Part shown: positions 13,251 to 27,248 of the stretch, one piece after another
Layout: every line of letters starts with the position of its first letter
Numbering within the stretch: the stretch's first letter is position 1
Assembly: GCA_963924565.1 (NCBI GenBank)
Contig: OZ004615.1
Span: forward strand, 20,894,001 to 20,958,000
DNA: 64,000 bases
DNA from: Ascidiella aspersa
Taxonomy: Eukaryota
Direction: 5' to 3'
Notes under the pieces: model-generated
The model's input: the letters and a program-made list of their open reading frames with translations, nothing else
Database searches by the model: none
What the model was told of the DNA's origin: nothing
Position numbers and translations under genes: made by a program

Positions 13251-15767
13251 AAAATGCTCAATGAAACCACTTTATTGTTATCAAGTTTAAACAATTGTAA
13301 GTTTTGTTGTCATTCTTTTAAACCATACCTAATTAATTTGATTTTCTAAACTAAATCCTGTGACACACCATTCTTATGGATAGCTTGGTGTTAGAAATAT
13401 ACTTTAATAAGGTCAACTCGTTAGTACCTAAAAATAAAATCACAAGCGCCCAATTACGTAAAACTTATAATCATAAAGAACAGAAATTCCCTTTTGAATG
13501 AATAGTCCTTTGTGGGACATCGTGATGTCACTCAACGCGGTATACGGTGAAGTAATATTCACGTTTATTGTAAAGTAGAAAAGCTATAACGAGGACACCA
13601 TAGTGCGTGGGCGATTATCTTAAGTTAAGACGAAATTTGAAACGTAAGTATCACTGGAATTTGTGATTCAGTCGATCGAAATTTGTCACAAAACTTTAAA
13701 GTTAAACCTGAGGTCGAGCTGACCTTATTTATCAACCGCTTTATTTTCTTTAAAATGGGCTTCATTTCTTGCGAAATTGGCGTGATTGTGATATAATCCG
13801 GCGATAGGCATCTCCAGTTAACCCTAAATATACGACTCCGTGCGAATCAACACGCTGCAGCCCACGAACAACACACTTTACTGCGTCGCCGTAAACTATT
13901 ACGAGCTCCTATAACGATGCAAAGCATGGGGTCGTGACACATCGCTGTTGGCATAGAGCATAGAGCTGGCGCCCTGCTATCCATAATGATAAACGGCGTT
14001 CAAAACATTACCAGGCCTAGTTTCTTCAGTAACAGGCCATTTGCTGCCTTGCTTGCTGTATACTTTGTCTTAGGTCGCCATTTTAGAAGCACTAAAATCT
14101 TGCAAATTTAGGGCTAGGGGACATTTTGACCTAATGTGTTTAAGCCTGACAGGGCTTCTATATATTTTAGTGATCTCGTTGGATCGTTAAATTCAGCGGC
14201 TTATACACGCGCCATAAATCAAAGCAACGTTGTGGTAAAACTTAAACTGTATAGTCGACATGTTAACGAGATGATAAATGATGATGAATACAATCTTTTT
14301 AAGTCTACTTTAGCGTTTAAAAGATACAGATCCCCTTTTAGAGTTGTTGTTTGTATTCTAAACGCTACTCTTAAACCAAAAAAAATACAAAATAATGAAC
14401 TATTTTTCGGCTGGGCGAAATCACGATAGGTCGTATTTCGCCAAACGCTTAAAATAAGTCGTAATATATTCGCGCAAATGCCACGTACTTAAGCTGATAG
14501 CCTATACTTATTACATCAAACCTAAAATAGGTGCCCATCCGTCACTAAGTAAGGATACATTGTGAACGTTCCAACCATCTATTTTGGTTGTCGACGAGTA
14601 CTTTGTCGTTACACCGTGCAATCCGTAACTTGAGATTTCCCCATCGGAACCATATAGGCCTGCCGAACAAGCTTATATTTAGGTGACACTAATTGAAAAC
14701 GGATTTGCTATTTTAATTTCAACCTGTTTGCGTGCTTTTAATTTCATCGCTGGAATGCTGTTTCGTCTGACGTCAGGAATATATTCGGCGTCGTCGGCGT
14801 GTTTGATTCTGCCGCCGAATTGATATGTTTCGTCGTAACGTCAGGGCAAATCGCTCTTAACGCGATGCAGAAATAAAGAGTGTGAAGTACGGATTAACTC
14901 GACCATATGTAAAAGCTCAAGTAGAAGGCACGGGAATAACGACTGTTGTCAACATATGGCTGCGGCCCAAACCGTGTGACTCGTCGAAAAACACTGCCAC
15001 AATACATGCGCAGATATGTGACCTCCTTGTATCGGCGAGTTTTTTACTTCAAAGCTCGTAAAACTATTTAATACGGGGAGTAATGCGATGAGACTTTCGC
15101 TTGGTCGCTGCGAGCTTTCTTCTCACAAGAAACGTTGCGATTTTATTTCCCCACGGTGCCTGCTGTGCACATTTCAGACAAACACACTAAACAAACATGC
15201 CGAAAGATTAAGTAGTCGCGGGTTCCATTTATCATGGTTACAAATTGTGCAAAATTAAATAAAACTTTGGAAGAGCTTCCTATGGGTTATTTGCAACTGA
15301 ACAGGACATCTAGTGTAGGCACTCATCCGATACAAGGGTGTTACCGGTGCCGATACCAAATTAATATAGGATATTCTTGTTGGTTTTTCAGCATTTCAAC
15401 AATGGTTTATGGTGTAACGTTAAGTACAAGTCAGTCACAGTAGACTTCTACTGTAATGGTGCGAAACTATTACTTGTTGTTGCTGCACGTTAGCGTCCGT
15501 GTACGACTGTACGTGTGCTTTTCTTTTTTCGTGTGCGGTGAGGGGGGGGGGGGGGTCGCGCGATTCCGAGGGGTTCATACGTCATCATCTAAATGTCACT
15601 CGATAGTCGAGTGGCGATTCGTCTTTCTTACCGCCTCGTACAAGTGCCTGATGTATTACCATCGGGCTGCGGTCGCCGAAGCAGCGGCAATTACGCGCGC
15701 GGATACCTCTCAGGCTCTCCCTCTAATTCGTCATACAGCGGGGGAGAGGGGGGTGCGGGAACGGGGT

Positions 15768-15791
15768 CCATCCATCAATCGCGCGCTGTCA
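15768..15791 (-). promoter_or_regulatory. Composite Meis/Prep (TGACAG) + Pbx-Hox (TGATGGATGG) site
   Basis: Minus strand TGACAG-cgcgcgat-TGATGGATGG inside a CpG island. Confidence 0.5.
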
Positions 15792-18700
15792 TGGCAACGG
15801 CCCTTGAAGCGGCCTCAGATGACGGCCCGCCTAAGTAAACTAACTCCGCGGGGATTCGGGCGTCAGGTGCCCGCTGTTTTTTCGCCCTCTCGAGCTCCCG
15901 AGGTTGTTTATTGTCACAGCGCACCACGGACTTTGTTTTCAAAGCAGAGGGTTCCACTGCGAACCGCGCGGGTGTGTTTACGCGTTTCTGTTTTTTTTTG
16001 TGTGATGGATCAGCAAAATTTGGCGGTTCCAATCAGGCGTGAAAAATTTTTTTATTAATTTTTAAGCCGCCGCGAAAATTTTCGCCCTTGAAAACAAATC
16101 GCGGCGAGCAGGGATGACCTTGAACGCGGCCGCGTTGACTGGTATAAACAGGCCAAAGTCCATCGGTTCCCTCTCTTCCAATTCGATCAGATCTCGGTTC
16201 ATATAGGAACAGATTTTTTCGGACACATTTCGATCGATCGGCGATAAAACTACAAGGAACAAGCGTCGCCGTGATATTGAAGTTTGAACACAAGCCGTGG
16301 AAAATACAGGAGAACATGTCCTCGCACAACACAATTACATTAGAAGGAGCACCTAGAGCCGGAATCCAGATAAATGTGTGTTTACCGCGGCTCAACTGAT
16401 AGCCAGCATTCGTCCCTTTTCTAGTTTCCGTCCACGCAAAAAGGTTTTCCAGTTGACAGTTGCTTGTTTTATTTGACAGGCGCGCGGTCGGGACCGAGAG
16501 CGCAAAATGCCAATGATTTATCCATTCTAAATGCTGCCTCGACCGCAGAGTGTCAGACGCCGAGACGGTGTTTATTGCCCACAGCTTTCAATTCATTAAG
16601 CAAGGCGCTTTGAAGATGTGTGCCCGAGATTTCGGGGCTCGCCGCCGACTGGGGCGGAGGGTTCGAGAAAAAGGGGATGGTTTTCACTGCCAAATATCGC
16701 ACTTCCTCATATTAAGAATTTCCCTAACTGTTTATGTTGACGGAACTTATTTCTATTGACGTACGCTGCATCGACGTATGAGATTCGACACCAGTGTAGA
16801 AACTATATAGCGATGTATTTTTTGGATAAAAGGCTCAGAAAATATTCCTTACCAAATCTGCAACTTTCGCAGATGTTGGAGCAAGTAAACAAAATGTTTT
16901 TAATCAAGCTAGTTTTACTATTGGTTAATTGGAAAGAAATAAAGTTTTCAATTATATAATTTTCAACTTCACTGTATAAAACAAAATAAATTGAACACAT
17001 TTTGGACGTTACCTTTTACGATTATATATTTTTCCCGAAAATCTAACCACAAAACCATTGCATTTGGATGTTCTTGGACCAAAATGGTGGTGACCGCAAT
17101 TCCTCCATTGCCACTGCAGTGGCCTTTGGATAAATCATTCCCTCACGAGCTGAAATTCCTAAATTTGCAGAAAAAGAAAAATGCCTTACTCCCGAGCTGT
17201 ATCGCTCTCAATATTTCGAGCCCTGCTCTGTAAGATTTATGCAAGGCGATGGAAGGCTTCAAGCGGTAATGGGCCTGTCAGTTGGCTGATCCGCAATATA
17301 GCAGGGCTTTGGAGTAGGATTTGTGGCGAGGCTTCAGGGTCGCCACCCCGCCTTTGAATGTGGATAGGATTTCCGGCCCAGAGCCCAACGATAATCCTTC
17401 AAAAACATAGCGGTAATGAAATTACATTCAAGGCTGATGGCTCGCCATTAATTCCGCTGGGAGGGACGCAGCGTTTCAAGGGTAACATCAAAAGAGCGCT
17501 ATGGCTTTTTCCTCCCTTCCACAACTGACCTGTCGCTTTCTTTGAAGCGCCTTTAATGGCCGAGATTTGGCTTGTTCGTAATGCCTTTAATGTGAGGTAA
17601 TATTGCCACCGGTCGAGATTTATTGCCCATGTTTGAAGCGGCCACTTTTATTGCGACGATATGAAACGCCTGACTCATTCGTAGATGTTACATTTACATA
17701 ATAGGTTAAGAACCTGGTTCCGATTTTATTAACCTTCATGGATTTCTAGCGTTCGTTTTACAATGTGCGACAGACCCTATAGGCAGGATTGAATAACAAA
17801 CTTACAAATCAAACTTGTGATAATAAAGTTCGATGTCTTTACATACCGCGTCGTAATGCTTAATATAATTTCAAAGTAAAGCCTGTTGGCGTTTATACAG
17901 CCAGAATATAATCAAAAAAACCTGTAGGGTTTCTCTCCTTTTTATTAAGCTTGTTGAAGAAACGTGCGGTGCATAACACTCTCGGGAGCCGTAAATCTCG
18001 AAACACGAAGAAGTTTAGTATCTTTTATCGTATTTGGTGCCAATGTTTGACGCTGTGTTTTAATCTCCGGGCGCCTTGCGTTCAAACGGTGGCACGAGTT
18101 TATTTTGTTTCCAAACAATGGCGGCTCATAGGATTTAAGACGTAGCCCTGAATCTCGCAAACCCAAAATCTTGCTACAAGGAATATCGCTTCGAGCGAGG
18201 CTGCAGTTATTTACCATCTGAAATATTTCATCGCTGAAGCTTGATGTTTTTGGGATCAAGGCCGGATGGCCACTGTAGAACGGCGACCATCAGTACAGCA
18301 ACCTCACGATGGCGATTCATTTAAAACAGCAACTTTCAATAGAGCGACTGTATAAAAGGCGACGGCATTATAACAGCGACTAACAGTCGTTATTTGGATC
18401 CCGAGCATATCATTTTTAACTGAAAGGCAGCGCAATATAAGTTGTTATCCAACGCCACTTGGCCACTTATTTACAGTGGAGCGCCCGGCCAAAGTAAGCA
18501 TCCCTCCTTTTCAACAACAGCAGCAGCTTCAAACGCGTTCTTTGTCGGGATGGGCTTTTCAAACAAATCGACTCGAAAAGCGTTAAAAACAACACGCGCC
18601 GCGCGATCTGGGACGTTTACATTCGGCCTGACAGGCGGCTTTGTCCAGCGCGCCAGAGTCCCGTTAAAACCACAGCGGTATTTCACAGTTTTCGTCGATC

Positions 18701-21700
18701 GCTTTGTCAACGTTTTTGTCACCCCTGTCCGGTCGCGTTTGAGGCTTTTAATACGAAAAAACGACAAAGCACGCCCCGGTCGTTTTGCCCTGCCAACTCA
18801 ATTTTATTACACTCTAGAGGGCGCAGCATGTGTGTCAGTATGCACTCTTTACAACGTCAATTTTATGGGGCATTTTTTTCACTTTAGGGTTTGGGATTAC
18901 TGTAATTTCGCCCATATAAACTTAAAAGTCGCGAATCGGCATAAAAATCCGGGTCGTCCGTTGTAAAAGCGCCATATACGACCCCGGTCAAATCGGAAGG
19001 CCTTTAATCTCCCTGGCAGTATTATTTAACGATTGTGTTTCCAAGCGATCGCCCCGGGGATTCGAACCGTTGAGCCCCGGATTACCGGGGTCAAGTGCTG
19101 TTTGCGGATATTTTCTCCTCCAAGGCAAGAGACAACAGCAGTAGTCGAAGCATCGACAGCATCAGTGTGTTGTTTTACTGTCCTTGTCCGGGAACTTACT
19201 CAAAATGCATTCCTCGCTTTATTACCTGAGTTTTACGCCGCCGACACGCCGCAATAAATCGCCCTGGTAAGCGCACTTCTGGCGCTTTATTGCGTAATTA
19301 GCGAGGCGTCTCGTAAATTACCCTCGTCGGCCGTTCACCGCGCTTCCCAAATGCTAAGTGGCCCTGTAACGTTTTGTGGGCACTGCGCTCGTAAATCGCG
19401 ACATGTTTATCGCCCGCTATCATTTCCAGCCTTCCTGGCGTTTGGCCGTAAATCGCTGGCGTTTGTTGTCGCCTGATCCGTTGGAAAGAGCTGTTCTGCC
19501 TTGCCATTGAGTTCTTATGGGCTGTAAACTGTAATGTTAAGCCGGCGACTTTGTGAACTGCTTTTAATGCGCTTTCAACTGAGCCGAGTTATTGTGGTTC
19601 ATAAAATGTAGTTTGTGCGTTTTGCGTTGACACAGCTGCCTGTACGAAGCGTAAAAGCACCATTAAGCTGCACACCCTGACCATAAAAACCATGAGAGCT
19701 TTTAAAAATGACCTTACACCTAATATTTCCTAAAAATCTGCAAATGGTATTGGCCTATTATTATTGTTTTATATCTTCCTTACTTGGTTGTTGTCACATT
19801 TCAGCCAATAAGGCTAAAAAGGTTAAATTTAAAGGCGTTTTATGTTAAGTTGTTTACAGGCTTTGCAACGTTGTTATTACTAAACCTTGAGGTCAAGTCG
19901 GTTTGCTAACGAGTTTTCAATCCTACCACTGATTTCTCGTGTCCGAGCGATGGGATCACCTGAGGTGCTGAGATAAGTGATTGCCGGATCAATCTTGGGC
20001 AAAATCAAGCTTTCGTTGCTTACGCGTGACAAATTTCCTAATGGGCCGCATTCTGGAGAAACGCAGAACAGTGTTCGGCTATATCCGACTATATCGCCAC
20101 CACGTCCGGGGTATTTTGAGTGTTTGTTTTGGTTGCGAATCGATTGCCAAAAAGCAAATAATTAAAAAAGTTTAATTTGTAAAAACAAACGTTGTTTCCA
20201 AGTTAAGATTTTATGGAAATTAAAGAAACACCTTTTATGCTCAACAGTTTCACTAAATTTCGTTTCTTAGTGATTCTTAAATGCTTGACTTGTTTATTGT
20301 TAATATGGATGATTTAGCTGATAAATATTCATTTGCCCGCAGTATTTTAAGATTCAGAAGTTTGTTCCGGGAATTCAAGTTCTAAGTAGCTTTGTTTCTG
20401 AACATAAAAAAATCAGATATAATTCAATTGACGGAGAGCTTCGACTTACTATAATTTTTGAAGATAACTAAAATTAGACTTCGGTCGTTTCAAAACACCC
20501 TGTTTAATATAATAAATAGTAAACTAAGTAAAGAACTTAGTAAATTGAAAATCAGTTTGTTTAGATGTTATATGACAAATATATTTCGCTACTAATTAGC
20601 ATCATCAGACGATTTACTTAGTTTAATCTTTATCATTGACGTGCAACCATAATAATCGTTTTTTTCGCCATTTAGATTCAGGCAGATTCTGTTAGTCGAA
20701 AGAAAATTCCGTTTGCATTAATCAAAAATGAAAATAAAGAGAATGTTACTTCTTGTTTGCATCGCAGAAAAATTCAGTTCGTCCGATCTTGTAACAACTA
20801 GCTGGTACTCATCCGTCGCTGTGTGTACGTTTTCTGTTTTCGTTGTCGCTTTGCTTTGTTGAAAATGACGTTCGAATATCGCGGCTTAACTCACGCCAAT
20901 CCTCTGTGCTTGGAGTGTAAGATTGAGGACCCTCGTTCAAGCCTCCTTGGCGTTCCATAGGAGATTGCCTGCCAGGATTATTTGCATTCAACCATAGGAC
21001 CGGCCCGGATGTCGGCGCATATCGCCTGTTACGGCCCGTTGAATCAGAGGAAAATTAAATTTATCTTTCTATATTTTAGCGAAACGAAGGGGCGTGAGAA
21101 CTTCTGCCGTGTTTATGGCCTATTCTTTGTAAAAGCAGTGTTGTTTCTTTTAAAAACAACAGGATATGCAAAGCGTTATATTTTTGTTTGAGGAATATCA
21201 TTGGTATTGTTTGTTTTATGATCAATGCCTGTGCAACGAAATGACTTATTTTTTCTTCTTTTTTTTTCTTATTTTCCTCTCTTTATCAATTGTTTAGGTG
21301 ATTAATGTAACACTCGTTATTTGCAGCGTTTTTTAAAGTTGCTTTAAATCTTTTTCACCCATTGTACTTCATTATTAACCTTACAGTTTTTTTTTTTACT
21401 TTTTTTAGCCTAAAAGTCAGATGCAAATAAACACAAAGGACACGGCGTTACGTGAATCTCCATTAAGCCTGTAAACAGGCAAGCAAAACAGGCTAAAAAA
21501 TTGCCACGCATTTTTGTTTGACTGCTAATCAAGATCGGACGGCGGCGTTGGAGTTTGTGTGATGGCCTGGCGAGAGCTGGCCCTAAACAAGGGCGTAGAT
21601 GACAGCGTCTAGACGTGTCAAAGGGGACGGACGCAATTAAGCCGAGAGGTGTCAAATGGACGACCGGTATTCACCGATACACTAATAAAGGGGCTCGAGA

Positions 21701-23673
21701 AAAGAGCGAGTGTGAAATCTACAGATGAAGAAACGACCTTTCGAGCTGTTAATTACAACTGCTGAGTTCGGTTGATTTGAAGTGGGTCTTGGGTTCTGTG
21801 CGATTCTACCGTCATGCTGTTGGAATTTTAGATTTTCTTCAATATGTTACTATAGAGTATAAGTTTAACATAACCTCATACAGTAGTATCCAAATGACAT
21901 TAAAGCACCTTTAATGCTCTGATAGGTTTCTTCACACCCATGTTACGCATATATAAACCACCCACGCGCGTATACAGTGCACATATGCACGCACGGTCGC
22001 ACATACAAGCACAAGCACACACCAGGTAACAAAAGCCATACACCAATAAAAGCCCATACAAATCACGTTAAAAAAATGCATCAGCACAACTTTTAAATTA
22101 AAAAAAATGTATGACTTATTTAACATAATTAATACTATGAACACATACAAAAAGTATCAAATCACACACCCACGAAAATTCGTATACAAACCAAAATTCG
22201 TATAAAGTAAAAATTATTACAGGTAATCACGATATTTACAGTCTGTTATTAAAGTCGGCTTTAATATTTTTCCATATTATAAAGATCTTGACACAAAAGC
22301 AACCGTAACAGACGCGCAATGTCGCGATATCGCTCCATGCCTAATCTTGCTATGCCGTCCCACAAGCTTAGGCTTCACTGTCCATCACCGGAATCGTAAT
22401 CCCAAGGCACTTGACCCCGTGCTCAGCAGGCCTTATCTGTCGGCTTCAGGGGATTGAGCTTGTCATTGCAATTGGGTTTGAGCGACGAGCCGCTGTCAAC
22501 AACAGTTGCCGCGTCGTTCGTTATAGCGATCCTCGAAAAGCCTCGAACGGTAAAATCGCTGCCTTGAGTGAAACCCAATAGCCCGGGTAGTGAAACCGGT
22601 GGTAAGCTGTGCGAATATGCGATTTGAAGAGTTGCGACAGACTACAAATCTACATTCCTTTATCGGGTTAAGGACTTCTCTTCTTTGTATTTCAACCGAC
22701 AACTGAATGCATTTCAAACTGATGGGTAAAGTTAAACGTGATCTACCTCGAACTCCAAAGTTGTCTGAAATTTAAAGCAAATACTTAATCGCATGATTGA
22801 AAGCACATGTCGAAACCGCACGAATAGGAGTTCCAGTTGCTGTTATTTTATACAGGTCACTGTTATATTGAAATAAATTGTTTAAAATTAGTAAATTATG
22901 CCCTGAAAACGACATCCGTTATGTATAGAGTAGAAAAATACGCTTAGTGTATGGACGTGTTAGATGACGCGACTGTTTGTCGATAACAGTTTAATGGGTA
23001 AAAACAGATTGTGAAGAAAAAAAAATAACTTAGATTTCTAAATGTAATAACAATGCAAACCAAAAAAATATATGTTACAAAATAAACTTGCGTGGAATAC
23101 ACAGTAAGAAATGTTAAACGCGTCAACCCTTTACCCCTAAAATGCCGGTTGTTTTTTTATTCACCATCGGGGATCTCCTTACAGGATTGCCTTCAAGACC
23201 TTAAAATACAGGAAAGAACAAATCCTGGTCCTATTCAAGGAATAATCTTCTTGCATTTACTTTCCATTAAAAAGATTACCTTGTTTACGACATTTAGCGG
23301 TAATTATGCTGTTGCTGCCAAGCATAGTATATACTGAAAAGAAGTTCTTCCGGTTATTATTTGTTTTATGCGACGTTTCGGCTGCCTATCCAGGATGCCT
23401 TTCATCTGGCCGAAACGTTGGATAATATAAATAAGTACCGGAAGAACTTCTTTTCAGCATACTCAAATGGTAAGGTTTTGCGTCGCTTTGTGTCAAACTT
23501 GCGAAGAAAAGAGTGGCGCTCTCCTCACCTATTTTCATCGTTTCGAGTCAAGATGCATCACAGCAGTTAACTAAAAACGCCGATTCAAAGCCATTCGACT
23601 CAATCTCATTCCCGCGTCGCGCCCACGGTGTTCCATATGCTGAATTGGCAACAAGAAAGACGCCTGACATTTA

Positions 23674-24050
23674 GCATACAAGGAGGCTATTCAAGAGTTA
23701 CAAAAGTCAATCTTGTTTTGTTCTTGTTATATATCCCAGGGTTGCCAAAAGACGAACCGCGGTCTGCAACATAGGTTTAGAGATTTGACTTATAAGGAGT
23801 TTTTGTCATTTGTTTTCATTTCTACTTTGACCTGATTAAGCCCGGAATTGCTCGAAAGCTTAGAATTCTATACAATTTGTCTTTAGATAGTGCTACCTGA
23901 TTATACCCTATTCGAAATTTGACAAATACGGCCATTTCCAAAAATGCATATAAGCAGGCTACAAGAGTTACAAAAGTGGGTCTTGTTTTGTTCGTATTAT
24001 TAAAGTTACTAAATGGCAAACTGCGGTCTGCAACTTAAGTTTAGAGATTT
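23674..24050 (+). repeat. Dispersed repeat family C with a ~272-bp head-to-tail partial duplication
   Basis: 23674-23786 is repeated at 23946-24050. The internal part (ctactttgacctga...gaattc.atacaatttgtcttta.atagtg) recurs at ~44932-45050 and 51691-51783. Confidence 0.75.
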
Positions 24051-26964
24051 TACCAAGGCCTAACAACCGCCAAGTTCAATGATTTAGGATATTACGATTA
24101 GTTGAACTGCATTGTTGTAAAATAGAGACAAAATTAATGAAGTTTGCAGAAAAAACACAAAAAAATAAGCTTCGCATCAAGTAACCCCTTTGTGTGGTGC
24201 AGGGTATTTCGTTGGAATTTTCACGTTTTAATACCTGGACCTTCACCGACATCGTAATATCTAAGTAGCCAATGCAATGCTGCTTACATGCAGCGTGACG
24301 AATCTTAGGCCTGCAGGGGACCGCTAGACCCGTTTAGCTCCGGCCATTGTTTGTCGGTGCAATCTAATGCATTATCTCGCCTTATTTTCTCCCAACCCGC
24401 TTAATCTGCCGCCGAATTCCGCGGCGCTGGGCCGCAAACTCACGGAAGAGCATGTTTCAGCAACGGCAACGTCAACGTCAGGCGGCAAACGGGGCCTTTT
24501 GTTCTTATTTTTCTTTCTGAAGCTGTATATAAGTATGGGCAAGCTAATAAATCAATATAAATAAAACGCACATTAAAGCAGTTTACAGAATTCCTAAATA
24601 TTTCGAATCGTTTTGCCTACCTTTTGCCTTTAGTTATTGTTTGTTTCTAAATGACAATGGAGTATCCCCCGCATGTATAAATTAAACAAAAAACAGCAAC
24701 ATCATTGCATTGAAACGCAAACGGGAGCTTTTGGGCGTGCTGGCGCTGAATTGAGTCGCGCGCCAAATCCGACTAATCCCGGTGCGCCACGTGCGCGTGT
24801 TTACGCCGCGCGCCTGTTGCGGCACAGGACGGTTTTAAACCTTTTCCGAGAAATCGCGAAATCGCGAACTCGCGCGCACTTGAGGATCCGAGTTCAACGC
24901 TCACATGCAATGTTGGGCTAGTGGCTGCTGGTGTCCAAAAAAGCTTCTGATTTGAGTGGGTTTACGCCGGATCGCCGCATTCGAAAAGCTGTTTTATCTA
25001 GCAAAAAAGCATTACCTGACGGAGGTTTTTAACCGGATAGCTGTGGGGTTTTGTGCCCTGCCATTTTTTCCTGGGTAACACCGTTTTTTTTGGCCAGTAA
25101 AATACAAAAATTATTACCTTGCTGACACTTACTGTTATTACCTATTACCTACATCACAAACAGAAAGACGGAAATGTTGACCTTATGCCGATGCGCAGTT
25201 TAACTCGAGCCCTACCTCCAAGTGGCGGCACCATCTCCCTTTGGGAATGGCTGTCCTGAGGACTGGACCTGAACATAATACTGACACGTTTTTATCAAGC
25301 AAAACAACGCTTTGTCTCGTATCTGAAAGAATGTGTGTCAAATCTAAAAAATTCCTGTAAAAATTTACTCAGCCTTGTAAAGAAATAGTCTTAAACCTGA
25401 GAAAAACATTCTCGAACCTAAAAAAAAACTCCTATTAAAACCTTGAAGATATTTATCCATCCTGTCACTCCCTCACAACCAGGAAAACTTTCTTAAACCA
25501 AAACAAATCATTCCTCAAACATGACATATTCTTCTCGAATCCCCGGGAAGTGTCTATTAGGCGTTGGCGACCATTCACTTTCCTTTGGGAATTTCCACCA
25601 AACGTATCTCTACAAGAAATACCAAAGTAATGAGTTTTGTGCTCTTAACGCCATGCTCTCAATCATGTATTTTCGTTTAATCTTCAATCAAATATTGATT
25701 TCAATCCAACATTTTGACGTTTATCAATAATTGCAAATGACAAAAGTTTGTTGGGAGTATTCAAACTGGCGTTTACTAACTCTCTGATTAAATCAGCTAA
25801 CCTCTACAAACTGGACGGACAGACCAACTGCGCAATATATCTTGTAAAATGAAACGCGACATTTCTCAACGCGTTTTTCATGGAATTGAACCTATAAAAT
25901 TAACAGGGCTGTCAGTACCGTTTCCATTCCATGGCATATGATCGCCATCTTTCTGAAGTTTTCGCCGACAAAAACTCAAAACGTGATCGAATTTTTCCTG
26001 GTAGAAGTCGGTGGAAACTTTTGGATGTCTTATGTGTGCTCAATTTGATGATAGACTGACGGTTCTCAAGTTGGGAAACACAGGCAGCGGCATTAGTGTC
26101 GGCGCGATTCTCAGAAAGGCGCCGTTTGCCGTCGGCGAATTCCACCTCACCAGGGTCCCCTTTCAGTCCCCACCTCTGGCCGAGTTTAATTCGCAAGAAA
26201 TTCCGCGACGCTTGATACTTTATCGACTCGGAAGTTTGCGATAGGCGGTGAAAAACCGCAGCAACGGCGTCGACGTATCGCGAGATCGTGCGATTGAATC
26301 AAGCCGCCGCGGCATTTTTCGTCGCAGATTCCCGCCGCGGTAATCCGACAAGGGCCGATGATGAGAAAGTCGCTTCGGCGGGGGGCGGCGCCTATTTTCG
26401 GCGCACAATCAACAAACAGGTTCGCGCCCGGGAAAATATCGCGACTGCCAATCAAGCGCCGGCGGCGCATTGGGTAGCCGGGCTAACTGTAGAATGTAGA
26501 GCGCGCGGCGTTTATTAAAGGCGAAAGCGCTGATGGAGAGTGGCGATGCTATCGCGCACCGCGCTGACAGCCCTGACGAAAACAGTGACAAGTTTTAATC
26601 GCGCCCGGCCGACCCGTTGGCACGCCGCGCCCCGCGCTCATTTGTTTAATGCATCCCTGGGCACCTTGCGGCGTGGGACGACGGTAGACGCGACCCGACG
26701 GCCTGCCGCACCTGATCTATATCGCCGCGACAAATACAGCAGGGCCGGGCCGTCGGGCGCAGGCGAACCGCCCGCGAAAATCCAATCGACAGAACGTGTC
26801 GCGATTAGGGCGTTTCGTTTTGTTCGGGTTTTTGGCGAGATGAGGAAATAAGAAGGTTGTGGGTGGGGGGCGTGTTGTCGAGTTGACGCGATTCGTCGCA
26901 CGTTTGTGAGCGGTTTTTGCTCCGAACTTTAAACGAACAAGTGTCATCCATCGAATGAAGAGGC

Positions 26965-27248
26965 CAGACTCAGATAACTAGATAATTATAGTTGTTTAGT
27001 TCAATGAATTATAGCAAAATGCGTCTAATTCTAATTATAAACTAATTTTAGAATTGCATGTATGCGCTAAATCTAGTTCTAATCTAATTTGGATTTTACC
27101 AAAAAATTCTGCCCACAGCATTTTTAGAATCTCAGTAAAAAAAAATTAATTGTGGATAATAAGTGTAATTCTAGTTCAAATTCATTTTTTTTATAAAAAT
27201 TCTAATTCTAATCTAATTTTAAAAAGCTAAAATAAACCTAGTTGTCTG
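26965..27248. mobile_element. hAT-like MITE with TCTAA/CTAAT subterminal repeats
   Basis: cagactcagataactag ... ctagttgtctg inverted ends; flanks gaagaggc/aaagaggc (7/8 8-bp TSD); internal ttctaatctaatt repeats. Confidence 0.7.

Noticed and set aside
13711-13725. ERE-like IR3 palindrome AGGTCG-agc-TGACCT
   Set aside because: A single imperfect match outside a clear island, with no supporting context.
15456-16058. 200-aa plus-strand ORF
   Set aside because: No recognisable domain; it runs through G and T homopolymers. Typical chance ORF in a GC-rich island.
18351-18966. TATAAAAG followed by a 174-aa ORF
   Set aside because: The ORF starts at TTG and has no domain similarity; a lone TATA match is expected by chance.
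19040-19130. tRNA gene around the B-box
   Set aside because: No T-stem pairing, A-box or cloverleaf.
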